Shown piece by piece: positions 1-11,760 of a stretch of 64,000 bases of DNA. Below the pieces are notes generated by a model. It was not told the DNA's origin. It saw only the letters and a list, made by a program, of their open reading frames with translations, and did no database searches. The position numbers and the translations under genes were made by a program. Origin of the DNA: Nemertoderma westbladi (taxonomy: Eukaryota; Animalia; Xenacoelomorpha); assembly GCA_032718475.1 (NCBI GenBank), contig JAUCBJ010000055.1:62001-126000 (forward strand). The letters run 5' to 3'. The first letter of the stretch is position 1, and each line of letters begins with the position of its first letter.

Positions 1-1841
1 GTAATACTGGACTTCTACCGGGGAAGTTTCGGAGAGGGAAAATGAATTAGATCTGCTATTTTTAATGTGCCTAAGTGGTGAGCGTATAGAGCGCGGGATT
101 TCATTGGCTAGCGTAGGACCAATAGAAGAAAAGTGCTTATTCAAGATGGTTGCAATACGCGTTGGATCTGTAACGGTTTCTGTAGCACTGCCTGAACGAA
201 TATTAATTTTTTTAGGTGTAGCTAATTTAGTAGATTTATTGAGTGCGCTATTTATAATTATCCAAGTTTTACGCGGGTTATTACTGTTTTGTTTGAATTG
301 CGTTGAATAATAAGTTTTCTCAGCTGAACGTAAAGTTGAGGTCAATTGATTCCTATAAATTTTGTACTTTCTATGGTTGGACTCCGATGGTGACTTAATA
401 TAAGCCTTATACAATTTATTTTTTTTATTGTGCAATTTATTAAATTATTGGTCATCCAAGGTTTATGCGGCACTTTCTGGGTGGGGATTGTTTTTTTTGT
501 AATATGTTTAGTACATATATCCGATAGGTTGCTATAGAAACACTCAAATTTTTCTTTCGGTGGTATATTTGGTGATGAGTACGACCACGAAGCTGGTGAT
601 TTCTTATCTCTCAAAAATTTGGGAGAGTTAAATTTTGAAAAGTCAAAGACAGTGCGGTTTTTTTGGGGATTAAAGTGAACTGAATATTTTTGAAAAATAC
701 AAAAGGTCGGAAAGTGATCTGTAGTGCCTATTTTTAATTGAAAAACACCTGACGAGGAAAATGAAGTAGTAATGTTAGTAATAATATGATCGATAAGACT
801 TTCAGAATAAGGAGTTACACGTGTGGGTTGATTAATAAGCTGAACGAAACCATATGAATTAATTAAATCTATATATTGTTTGGGCTTGAGTTCCATCGCT
901 TTTAGTAGATCTATGTTAAAATCACCTGTAATTATTACATCGTATTTGTGGTCAGTTAGATTCTTTAATGTAGTTTCTAGACTAGGGAGAAAAGTATCAA
1001 GATGGACTGGATCGGGGCGGTATATAGAGCCTATTATAAGTGGTTTTGAGTTTAGGCGGGAGACTTGGATCCATGAATTTTCAAGGCCCGGCATTTTTAG
1101 GTCAACCCGCTCGGTCGTGTCAAGTGATTTATTTACATAAATCGCAGCGCCACCTCTGTGGAGTTTACCAGTGGTCCTGTTGTCTAGAAAGGGGTCAGCA
1201 TATCCGTATTTGTCCAGTTTTATAGGGTCAATACAGTCGTCGTCAGTTGCAAAGGTTTCAGTGAATGTCAGAATGTCAAATTGAGATTTAATAGTCAATA
1301 AAAAATCAGTTATAGCGGATAAATTGGATGATAGACTCCTACAGTTCAAGTTAAAAATGGATAGCGATGGTGATTTTTTTAGGTTAGAGAATTCACTATT
1401 AAATTTACCTTCTGAATAATAACCTTTGTCAATATTTAAATTAATTAAATTACTATCGGGGTCTAAGCTTCTAAATGGTTGGTATAAGATACCCGATGTG
1501 GATAGGTCATCCTCCGGGGTTGGAGTAGACCCATCCCCATGGGTTGGTTCAAACACATCAGAATCATTTACGTGGATAAAAGAGAATGGAAAAGTGTCAC
1601 AATGACAATTGTAGCATATTAAAGGCCATTGTGTGGTAGTAACTTCTTGAGCAGAGAGACATGTGCCGCATGGTATATGGAAAATATTATTACACTGACT
1701 ACACAAAAATTTTGGATCGGTAAGTTCGAGCTTTGAGAAACAAAAATGACATGATCTGCAAGCAGGAGTAGGAAGGGATGGTAAGATGGGGCGAGAATGG
1801 TTAGAGATGGAGGTGTGAGGATTTAGAAATGAGACAGACAT
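1..1841 (-). mobile_element. CR1/L2-type non-LTR retrotransposon ORF2, 5' part (PHD-like finger, APE endonuclease, linker toward RT); frameshifted near 420 and running off the window start
   Basis: ORF 342..1841 has a Cys/His finger (CHFC...CSQCNNIFHIPC...CYNC) followed by APE motifs NCRSL, TFTET, RGGAAIYV, SIYRP, GDFNIDL, PTR, SLIDH and TDH. Another frame in 1-350 reads YRNQLTSTLRSAEKTYY...KTWIIIN...NKHFSSIG, typical of the CR1/L2 linker. Confidence 0.88.
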
Positions 1842-2035
1842 GAGATGATTAAAAGAAAGAGAAGTCTACTTTACTAAAACCGTTTCTTTTAATTGTGAAC
1901 CCGACACCACTGACTGAATGACTAGCCCTGTACTGAAAATATAAACATGTAGAACATACAGTGCACTTTTAAACAAGGATAAGGTAATGTTCATCCTAGT
2001 AAACCTATAATATATTCAGATAATTACCCGATTAG

Positions 2036-2350
2036 TTACTGATCACCCATTATCTTCGGTAGCAGTTTGTGAATTAGTTTCCGAAACTGACTGTGTGTGG
2101 GTACCGGTACCGAGTCGCGTCCTAGTCCTAGCGCTGCTACGGGACTTAGATTTATTACTTGTCTGCCAACATCTGTATCAACCACATTGCCTACTATATC
2201 ACCACCGGTTTCAACTACATCTCCAACAACATCAACGGCTGTATCTACCGCATTGCTAATAATGGGGATTCGTGGTGTACTCCAATTCCCCCATCCTGCA
2301 GCAAAAGCTGCACATGTAATGACAACTAAAAATTGCAGATGATAACGCAT
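2036..2350 (-). CDS. Probable host-gene coding exon encoding a small secreted protein or the N-terminus of one
   Basis: Acceptor-like ttgtttccacAG ends at 2363 and the ATG is at 2350. The N-terminus MRYHLQFLVVITCAAFAAG looks like a signal peptide, followed by V/D/G-rich repeats. A possible donor GTAACT at 2039 overlaps the TAA. Confidence 0.5.
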   Translation of the reverse strand: MRYHLQFLVVITCAAFAAGWGNWSTPRIPIISNAVDTAVDVVGDVVETGGDIVGNVVDTDVGRQVINLSPVAALGLGRDSVPVPTHSQFRKLIHKLLPKIMGDQ

Positions 2351-2606
2351 GATGATTTTCGGCTGTGGAAACAATATAATAATTACTTGTTAATTTTGGA
2401 AGGATTTTCTGTGAAGGTACAGGTAGCACAATTATTAGTAAGATATAGTACTGGTTAAATATATAGAATTTTGTGATATAATTAAACAATCCCAGACCAC
2501 ATCACTAGGTCTAAGGTTGGCTACCATGAAAGCAGAAGGAGTTGAACCAGAGGAGAGTAAACTTCTCTATCTTGCAATCACTACCTTCACATTGTCCCTC
2601 TCAAGC

Positions 2607-2860
2607 ACTACTACTAGGATCGGCATGCTGCATTGCAGCTGCATTTTTAAGAATGCTGTGCCGGCTTGTCAACAAAATTGCACCGCCACAACTCCCTATC
2701 ACCCATGACATTTGCTAGATCATCCGCATCTTTAAGGCCAGTGTCCTTTAAGATGCGTCTCAAGAAAGTCATGGGCTGTCCACCATGCTTATTCACTCCA
2801 TGAGGCTGCCCAAGTACAAGATTATGCACTGGCTGGTCCTCACGGCGAAAGCAATGTCCT
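2607..2860 (-). mobile_element. 3' end of RTE LINE (RTE1) with (TAG)n tail, separated from its body by element A
   Basis: Reads GHCFRREDQPVHNLVL..HGGQPMTF..DTGL, continuing the LRLAG end of the ORF at 49393. GTCCT is duplicated at 2856-2860 and 49398-49402. Confidence 0.92.
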
Positions 2861-3435
2861 TGTGAGCGTATTCAATTCCACCTCACCAACCCCCATAAAG
2901 TGGGAAAGAGCGCCTTTAAGCAATATTGGGGAGTACGAGGTTGATTAACAACCAACCTCGTATCACCCCCAATAAACGGGGACCTCACACAATGGAGGTC
3001 AGAGGTTAAGCCTCCGGGGAGAAGGAAAGTAACAGCAGCGGGGGGGGGGGGGGGGGGGAACACCCCCGCAGAGCTGAAGGCGATAAGTAGGGTATCAGCC
3101 AATGGGGGGACAGGAGAGGCATCAGCTAGGTAATAGGGCCAACATAGCAGTATATTACCGGTTGGTGTTTCTCATTTGTGCAGTTTAGTTAGTCAGCTAC
3201 CGGTCTTAGTGTAGAAGGAGGACATTGTTTTACCGTTGCCACTGGTATGTCATTCAATAGTTATCTCATGTATTCAACTTGTTCAACCACCTTATGCTAT
3301 TATACAACGCTGTCACACATTAACTCTTATATTATTATACCTACATCATCTATAACATCCTACAGTCCTATACCAGCTTGACGACGCGTACGAAACAATT
3401 ACTCCGGTCGGGATTGATCCATTGATCCCGTCACA
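2861..3435 (+). repeat. 5' LTR of element A
   Basis: Direct repeat of 48810-49397 (about a dozen substitutions plus indels by eye); TGTGAG...TCACA. Confidence 0.95.
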
Positions 3436-3496
3436 GTAATACAATCACCAGCTACCCGCTGGTGATTGTTTTACTAACTGCTAGAAAGAAAGAGAG

Positions 3497-6321
3497 ATGA
3501 GTTCGGGAGAACCCAGAGGTTCAGAGGGACAGAGGACACCGCCGCGGACCCCGGACGACAACTTAACGATCCGCAAGGCCGCGGTGAGACAGTATCGACC
3601 CACGAGGCCGGATTCGTCGACAAGAGACGGTCCGGCGGCACAGGCGGAGGGTGGCCGTCTACCACTGCGAGGGAGAGATAAGTCGAGAGAAGGGAGAGAC
3701 AAGTCGACGCACGACGGCAATCGACGTACCGATGTCGTCGGCCAGCCACAGGCCGAGGGCGACGGACGGCCCACCGGAACGGCAACGGTGGGGCCACCGG
3801 TACGACGCCAGATACGGAGAGAAAGAGGAGAGGTCGGCAACGAAGACGTCAGAGTTAGCGACCGGCTCCGACGGGCTTACAATGCCATGGAGGAACAGTT
3901 GAGGGAGGCCAAGGAAGGGGCGAAGATAGACCAGGTGAAGCTAGAAAAGCGGCTAGGTGAGTCGAATAAACACTTTAACTATCTAGTCCGCTTTGGACAA
4001 GGAGAGTTGGTGGGTGAAAGAGCGAGAGGGGTCGCCACTGAACTGTTTGAACTGTGGGAATGTAGGGGTATGGAGCCTGGTGTAGTGTACATAGGGCCAT
4101 ACTTAGTTGATGCCAGGAGAGTTAAGTTAGTGGGTTGGGCGGGACTGCACGAGGGCGAATCCGAGGTTAACTCCGAGGATTAGATCTCGTCGGTCAGCAA
4201 GAACCCCGGAAAGCGGGGGAAAGTTAGTAGGACGGAGGGGCGACGGGAGTCCGTTGCAACCGATAATTCTGCTACATCCTCCGCAAAAGTAAGACGGGTG
4301 CGGGAGATAAATCTGGCGTATAAATTAAAAATTGCGGCGCTAGACCAGAAAGAGTTAGAGAGGCGACGGAGTGAGGAAACCGCATGGTTGGAGAGAGAAA
4401 GAGAGTGGGCAAAGGAGGATAGAGAGAGAGCCAAGGAGCGTAGAGAGTGGGAGATGAGAGTAGAGAGCGAGCCGGCGAGGCGGCTTGAGATGGTTGCGAG
4501 AGAGGCAGAGTTGGCCGAGCGAAGTTTATGAGATGACAGAGAGAGAGAGAGATAGAGGCAGAGCGTGTGCGGGATGATTTGCATGCCCGCCTAAGGGGGC
4601 TTACGCAATATCAAGCCAAACTGAAGCGCCGACTAGAACTGGTTGGGACTATCAGAGAGTGAGACCCCACTTACAAGCACCGGGCGACAGAATCAGAACT
4701 GGTGTAGCCGTACGGACGGGGGGGGGGGGGGGGTAATAATAGTACATTAGGAAATATTAATATTAATAGTACCGTAGTAGATAACACTAATCCCTTTATT
4801 ACAGGAAATATTTTACCCGGTAATTTAAATTTAAATTCAAATAATAATATTAATTCAAATATTCAAAATAATCCGAATAATTTAAATTTAGATACACAGA
4901 ATAATCCAAATAATTCGAATAATAATTTAAATTTAGAAAATAATAATAATTCTAATTTAAATAATTTAAATAATAATATTGATAACGGGGCTATTAATAC
5001 TAATGTAGGAGACACAGATGGTCCGGCCAATGGTAGCCTGCAAGGCAACGCATTTAGTGCACAGGGAGTAGCGGGGGCGAGAAACCCCAACAGGGGCCTG
5101 GTAGGCCACGTAGTTAGTAGGCAGGGAGTAGCGGGGTTGAGTCAACCCAATGGCGGCCTACCAGGCCACGCAGTAGTAGAGAGAGCGGAGGGGGTGAATA
5201 GACCCAGCCGCAGTAGGGTTAGTGCGTCAACTAGAGAGGGGTGTAGAAGTGGAGTAAGAGATAGTGAAGTTAGATGTGGCGAGTGGGGGGGGGGGGGCTA
5301 TGGGCGCCCCACCATGGAAGATTAGTGGCGAGAGAGGGGGTGCAGAGAATGCCCCACAAGGGGGCATAGAAGTGAAGTAAGAGATAGTGAAGTTAGAAGT
5401 AGCGGGTGGGGGGGGGGGGGCTTCGGGCGCCCCACCATGGAAGATTAGTGGCGAGAGAGGGGGGGTAGAGAATGTCCAACAAGAGGGACGCAGAAGTGTA
5501 GTAAGAGATAGTGAAGTTAGAAGTGGCGGGTGGGGGGGGGGGGCTACGGGCGCCCCACCATGAGAGATTAGTAGCGAGAGAGGGGGGGCAGAGAATGTCC
5601 CACAGGCTTCGGCGGATAATGCAAGGGGGCAAGTTAGGTGAACCGCGGCACCCGACGATGGAGAATAGTAGGGGGATGATGAGTATCCCCAGGAGGGTCC
5701 AGCCGGACCGAGTAGAGTCAGACCAAGATTCCATCCAGAGTGACGGAGACATCAGGGAGCATGTTACCAGGCACCGTAGACACAGAGGACAAAGATAAGA
5801 AACCGGAGGTGGTAGATGAGCCAGATGGGGAAGTAGAAGTAAGAGAGTGGGCGGAGGAGAATGGATATCCCAGCAAGTATCGGTATGGAGATGGAGAGGA
5901 GCGGACAGCGAGATGTCCGGAGGACAACACTCCGGAGGAGTGCCCGGAGGAGTGTCGGAAGGAGTGTCCAGAGGAGTGTCCGGAAGAGACGCCGGTCCGG
6001 ATGAGATTCATACCGACAAGGGGGAGCTTGAGTAGGAAGCCAGGATGGACAGGGATAGGACTATTATTGTACCTTCTGTTTTGCCTGTTCTTTCACTTTC
6101 TTTTCATTCTGCCGCCGGGAGACAACAAAGTGGGAGGTGGCATTTTGATGCCAAGTGGCAACAAAGTTAAGAAGGCAGTGGAGAGACCCGATTTCAGGGT
6201 GGCAGAAGAGAGAGAACCAATTCCTGGTGAGTTGGAATTGGCGAGGAGAGTGCGGCGAATCCTACAGGACCTACAAGGGGAGCAGTGGGAGAGTGCCTGT
6301 TGGAAGAATCGCCCTAGTTAG
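3497..6321 (+). pseudogene. gag: Element A decayed gag N-terminus fused to remnants of the integrase end
   Basis: The VVYIGPYLVDAR block is shared with B (7626) and C (23214), followed by an E/R coiled-coil and an Asn-rich tract. The 3' end resembles the RAVGKCCLLEGAP integrase terminus of B. No RT motifs are present. Confidence 0.75.
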
Positions 6322-6582
6322 GTTAAGTTTAGTCGTCCAATATTTTGGACTGAGGGGGGTGAGAATGAGGGCGAGATGCCCTTCCCACAAAAAATAATTA
6401 TTTAATTAAAAATAAATAATAATAAATAATTAAATAATAAGTAAGTAGAAGGTAGAAAGTAGAAAGTAATAGTTAGTAGAAGATGGTAAGAAGTAGTAGT
6501 CAGAAAGTTAGTCAGAAAGTTAGGTAGAAAGTTAGGTTAGAAGGCGGCGGGGTATAGGGAGTGTGGTATATAGACATACCAC

Positions 6583-6770
6583 GGGAGTAGAGAGGTTGTG
6601 GGCACCGGAAGCGCCACGTAGACGGAAGTAGTAGTAGAGAGGTTGTGGGCACCGGAAGCGCCACATAGGTGGAAGTAGTAGTAGAGTGGTTGTGGGCACC
6701 GCAAGCGCCATGTAGACGGAAGTAGTAGTAGTGTGGTTGTGGGCACTGCAAGCACCACGTAGATAGAGGT
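6583..6770 (+). repeat. Tandem array (~45-bp unit containing GGTTGTGGGCACCGGAAGCGCCAC) downstream of the pol remnant of A
   Basis: About 4 copies are visible directly in the sequence. Confidence 0.85.
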
Positions 6771-6887
6771 GGTAACAGAGTTAGAGGTAGTAGTAGAGTT
6801 AAGAGTTAGTAGAGGTAGAGAGTTAGAGTTAGTAGAGAGTTAGAGAGTCCTAGTTAGAGGTAGTAGCAGAATTAGAGCTAGTAGAGT

Positions 6888-7472
6888 TGTTAGCGTATTC
6901 AATTCCGCTAGCCAAGCCCACACAAAGTTAGCTTTTAAGCAATATTGGGAGCATGAGGTTGGTTACCAATCAACCTCGTGTCACCCCAATAAGCGGGGAC
7001 AACAGGCCCCAAAGGGAACACACACACAACGGGGGTCAGAGGTTACACCTCCAGGAGAGAGAGAGACAACAGCAGCAGGGAAAAACACTCCCAGGGAGAT
7101 GGGAGGGTGAGAAGTGAGTTATTAGCCAATGGGGGGAAGGCATCGGCTGAGTAACGCAATATGGCCAACCGTTGCAGTATATTACCAGCTACCATGTCAT
7201 TCACTTCAGTTATCTCATTCAGTTAGTCGGTTCAGTTAGGGCAGAGCAGTGACTTCTAATACTGTCCGCTGCCGCCATCATTCACTTATATTTTATATCC
7301 TATTAATTCAATACTGCAATAACTGTGTCTGTGCTTATCCTATTATATTTATACTGCTACAGCGTCAACAATATCAGAACTCTTAATCCGACAATAAACC
7401 CTTTTCACTCACACGGCGGGGACGCGTAAATAAAAGAACCGGGATAAATCGGGATCTTCAGATCCCGTCACA
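6888..7472 (+). repeat. 5' LTR of element B
   Basis: Direct repeat of 47762-48331; TGTTAG...TCACA. Confidence 0.95.
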
Positions 7473-7528
7473 GTATTAGAAACCAACAGCCCAAACTGTA
7501 GCTGCCAGCCACCGACCAAAAGACTAAA

Positions 7529-9910
7529 GATGAGTCGAGGAAGAGAAACGACACCGCCGCGGAACCCGGACGATGATGAAGACCTAACGATCCACTAACG
7601 GTACAGACCCACGACGCCGGACCCATTGACAACGGGCGATCCGGTAATCCAAGATGAGGGGGGCCGTCTACAACGAGAGGACGAGTTGGGAGAGGAGAAA
7701 GACGAGTCAACACAGAGTGGCGGTCGACGTGCCGAAGTCGCCAGCCAGCCACAGGCCAAGTTTGACGGACGGCCCACCGGAACGGCGACGGTGGGGCTGC
7801 CGGTACGACGCCGGACCCGGAGAGATGGAGGAGATGTCGGCGACGAGGACGTCGGGGTCAGCGACCGGCTCCGACGAGCCTACAACGCGACCCGAAAGCA
7901 ACTGAAAGAAGCCAAAGGAGGGGCCAAAATAGATGAGGTGAAGTTGAAAAAACAACTAGGTGAGTCGAACAGACATTTTGATTACCTAATGCGTTTTGGG
8001 CAGGGAGAGCTACCCGACGAGAGAGCGAGAGGTGTTGCCAGCGAACTGTTTGAACTATGGAAATGTAGGGGTATGAAACCTAGTGTAGTGTACATAGGGC
8101 CATACTTAGTCGATGCCCGGGGAGTAAAATTAGTGGGTTGGAGGAGAACGCAGGAGGGCAAATCCGAGTTTAACCCCGAGGATTTGGTCTCGTCTGTCGG
8201 AGAAAGTTCCGGAAGGCGGGGGAAAATTAGTAGGACGGGAAGGCGGAGGGAGTCCTTCGTAACCGATAAGTCTGCTACATCCTCCGCAAAAGGAAGACGG
8301 GTGCAAAAAATAGATCTGGCATGCCAACTTGATCTGGCGGCGCTAGACCAGAGAGAATTAGAGAGACAGTTAGAGGAAGAGAGTGCATTAATAGAGAAGG
8401 AGAAAGAACTGGTTAGAGAGAACAAAGAGAGGGCCGAGAGGGCCACGAGAAGCTTTAGGGAGTGCGAGGAAATAGGAAAGATAAAAAGGAAGGAGCAAGA
8501 AGAGCGCGAGGCAGCGAGTGAGGCGGAACGTAAAGAGCGTGAGGCGGAACGTAAAGAGCGCGAGGTGAGGGCGGAGAGTGAACGTAAGGAGCGCGAGGTG
8601 AGGGCAGATAATGAGCAGAGAGAACGTGAGGAGAGACGACTTAAGAGAGTTGCGAGAGAGGCAGAGTTAGCCGATCAGAGTTCACGAGAGAATAGAGAGA
8701 GAGAGAGAGCGAGATAAAACTTGTTCGGGATGGTATGCATGCCCGGCTAAGGGGGCTTATGCAGTATCAGACCAAACAGAAGCGCCGACTAGAACTGGGG
8801 CAGATGGGGCTGTCAGAGAGCGAGACTGGCTCGAGTATTTATGAGAAGCCAAGGGCTGTGGAACCATTTATTAATACCCCACTTACAGGGACTGGACGAC
8901 AGACCCAAGACTGGTGTGACCGCACTGGCGGGGGGGGGGGGGGGGGTGGGGGTAATGATAATAATACAGTAGATGACGTTAATATTAATAGTACCGTAGT
9001 GGATAATTCTAACCAAACTTTCATTGCAGGAAATAATATTTTGCCCGACAGTAGTAATTTAAATCCGAGTAATTCTAATATTAATGTAGGAAATAACTCA
9101 AATAATATAATTACGCAAAATAATTCAAATAATTTAAATCTAAATCCTAATTTACAAAATAATTCAAATAATCTTATTCCGAATGAACAAAACAATACCG
9201 TTTCTGATTTAGGTGTGCAAAATAATTTAATTGAATTGGAAGATTTAATTGATTTAACGGACGGTGTTGGTAGTGGTGCTATTAATGTGAGTGTGGCAGA
9301 CGTGCATAGCCCGGCAAATGAGGGCCTGGTAGGCCGCGTAGTCAGTAGGCAGGAAGTGGCGGGGTTGAGCCAACCCGAAGGGGGCCTGGTAGGCCATGTA
9401 GCTAGTAGGCAGGAAGTGGCAGGGTTGAGTCAACCCGAGGGGGGCCTGGTAGGCCACGCAGTAGTAGATAGAGAGGCGGGGGTGAATAGACCCAGCCGCA
9501 GTAGAGACATTGTGTCGACTGGAGAAGGGTGTAGAAGTTAAGTAAGAGGTAGTGGAGTGATATGTGGTGAGTGGGGGGGGGGGGGCTGCAGGAGTCCTAC
9601 AGCGAGAAGTTAGCGGCGAGAGGGGGGGGGGCAGGGAGTGCCTCACAGGCGTCGACGGATAATGCGCGGGCCGAATTAGGTAAACCGCAACACCCGGCAA
9701 TGGAGAGTAATAGGGGGATTGCGAGTATCCCCAGCGGCGTGCGATCGGGCAGAGAGAGACAGGTTGACATCGCGAGAGGGCGGACGAAGCATCAAGCCCG
9801 ATCAGAAGAGGGAAGAAGAACAGTGGAGTTTAACCGGGAGGTTGACGAGAGATCTCACGAGCGGGAATACTGCACTGGAGAGAGAAGAAGAGAAGAAAGT
9901 AAAAGAAGTG
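7529..9910 (+). pseudogene. gag: Element B gag, 5' portion (ORFs 7626-8717, 8735-9541, 9571-9910)
   Basis: Collinear with C 22589-25205. It stops at the D insertion and continues as the reverse complement from 40438 downward. Confidence 0.82.
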
Positions 9911-11760
9911 TTATTCAAAGAGACAGTAACAATACCTGCAATATCCTACTGTAGAGTTTGTGAATCAAATCATAAATCCGACCTTCTCACCAAAACAGTA
10001 AACTCCAAGTAAGCGAATATATATTGCAGTATCGGTCTCTTATAACCGGTGAGGCAGAAAACAGTCTACAAACAGACAAACTTCGATAAAACAAAATCCC
10101 GCGCAGCGAATCCTAAAATCAGGCTGACTCACTGACGGACTAAGGGGCTCGTATACTTTGCCGCGGTGTGATTTATATGGTTGGGCGAAAAGGACGCTAG
10201 CTAGGTGCAGAGATCTGGAGATGCCTAACTAGCGGGCAAAGCGCAGTACGGACAAAAGTTAATTTTATATATTTTGAGGTGTAAATAATTTCTAACTCGC
10301 GTGTGTTAATTCTGAACCATCAACATCAGTTTTGCTCCTTCATATATATAATTACTGGGTACGGTGTGCATTTTACAAATATTCTAATTTTGTAACTTGT
10401 AGGTCCAATACTCACAAATGATAAGGCTCCTTCCCCTTTCATGTATTTCCAGGACTCAAATTCAGGCATAAGGTTAATACTACGCCCAGAATTCGGCAAT
10501 TTAATTTACCAGGTCCCTAATACTAAGAAGAAATGTTAGTTTACTACAGTAGGCGTACTGTTACTAATAGCTAGCCTGGCGTCCTATCTAGAATTTTGGT
10601 TACCTAGGTGGGCTTGGTAACTTCCTATCAGGATGTCGGCGGGGACACGGTAGATGTTAGTATCCCTAATTAGCCTCAATTTATTTGCGCCTAGTCGTAA
10701 ACTGCCCTACCGCCTGAACGGTACAATCCTAATTCAGGTAAAACACAGTAACCCTCCTGGCCTACAAGTTCTAATGCAATGGACACCGTTGTACTACAAA
10801 TAGTCACAGACGCACCTGCACTTAGCAAGAGTTAGGCGTACAGTTTGCTGCACCCTACCAATGTGTATGCCTTGTACCGGTGTGCCTACGTCCTATCTGC
10901 GTACTAGTATCTCTGCCTGCTCTCCCCCCGTAGGAGTATGAAGGTCTACTGCGGTTTTTTCCTGAATTAAAACAGTACAATTCCTAGATGTAATTTTTGG
11001 CGCACAGCGTGTCACTACCTCTACCTTCGATCTTTGGTCTTATACTTAGGTAGCAAGGCATCGAACGCTGTCTAACCTTTCAGGCGATGGGCGAATAACT
11101 AAGAGTGATATTGCGGGTTGTCTCCTGTCTACATTCCTTAGATGTTCTCGTTCATTGCTGTGGCCCAATGTCTAGCCAGCCATCCTGTCCCTCAGTTGAG
11201 TTCACCGTGGTGAAGCATAGTAAAACAGATAGAAAAAGGGCAGATTAGCGATAATTCTGACTTTATTACAGAAGATATACTGAGAGATATAAAGATAGAT
11301 ATAACTGAGAGATAACTAATGAACAAATCGCACCCTTTTATAGCAAATTTGTGCTGCAATCAATCGAGAAAATTCTCGATTGTTCTATGAGTTCTAATAG
11401 GTTTTTAAAGATAACTATTGGTCCAGCGAATATATAACTTGCACGACATTGGTTACAATCTAATAACTACAATCTCATTGGTTAATCTTACTTCGAGCAA
11501 ATGCAATTAATCTGTAGCGGTCAATTTAAATGAGTTGAACTCTGCACAAAAAATAATTCGCACCTACTAGGATTCGAACTCAATACACACTACATATAAT
11601 TTCCAACGCTCTACCGACTGAGCTACTGAACCACTTGAATAATCATCGTACAAATAGATATAGTAATACAAATGAGGACTTAATGTAATCTTTTAACAAA
11701 GTTAATTCGAATAAAATAAAATTTTGAAAATCCACGGCGTTTAGAGAATATAATTCTATA
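9911..11760 (-). repeat. 3' LTR (~1.85 kb) of BEL/Pao element D
   Basis: Near-identical reverse complement of 40439-42433. Preceded on the minus strand by purine-rich GGAGCGG; TSD AGTG at 9907-9910. Confidence 0.9.
11559..11632 (-). other. tRNA-derived sequence (Pol III A and B boxes) in the D 3' LTR
   Basis: GGTTCAGTAGCTCAGTCGGTAGAGC...GAGTTCGAATCC. The D-arm pairs, but the acceptor and anticodon stems do not. Confidence 0.65.
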
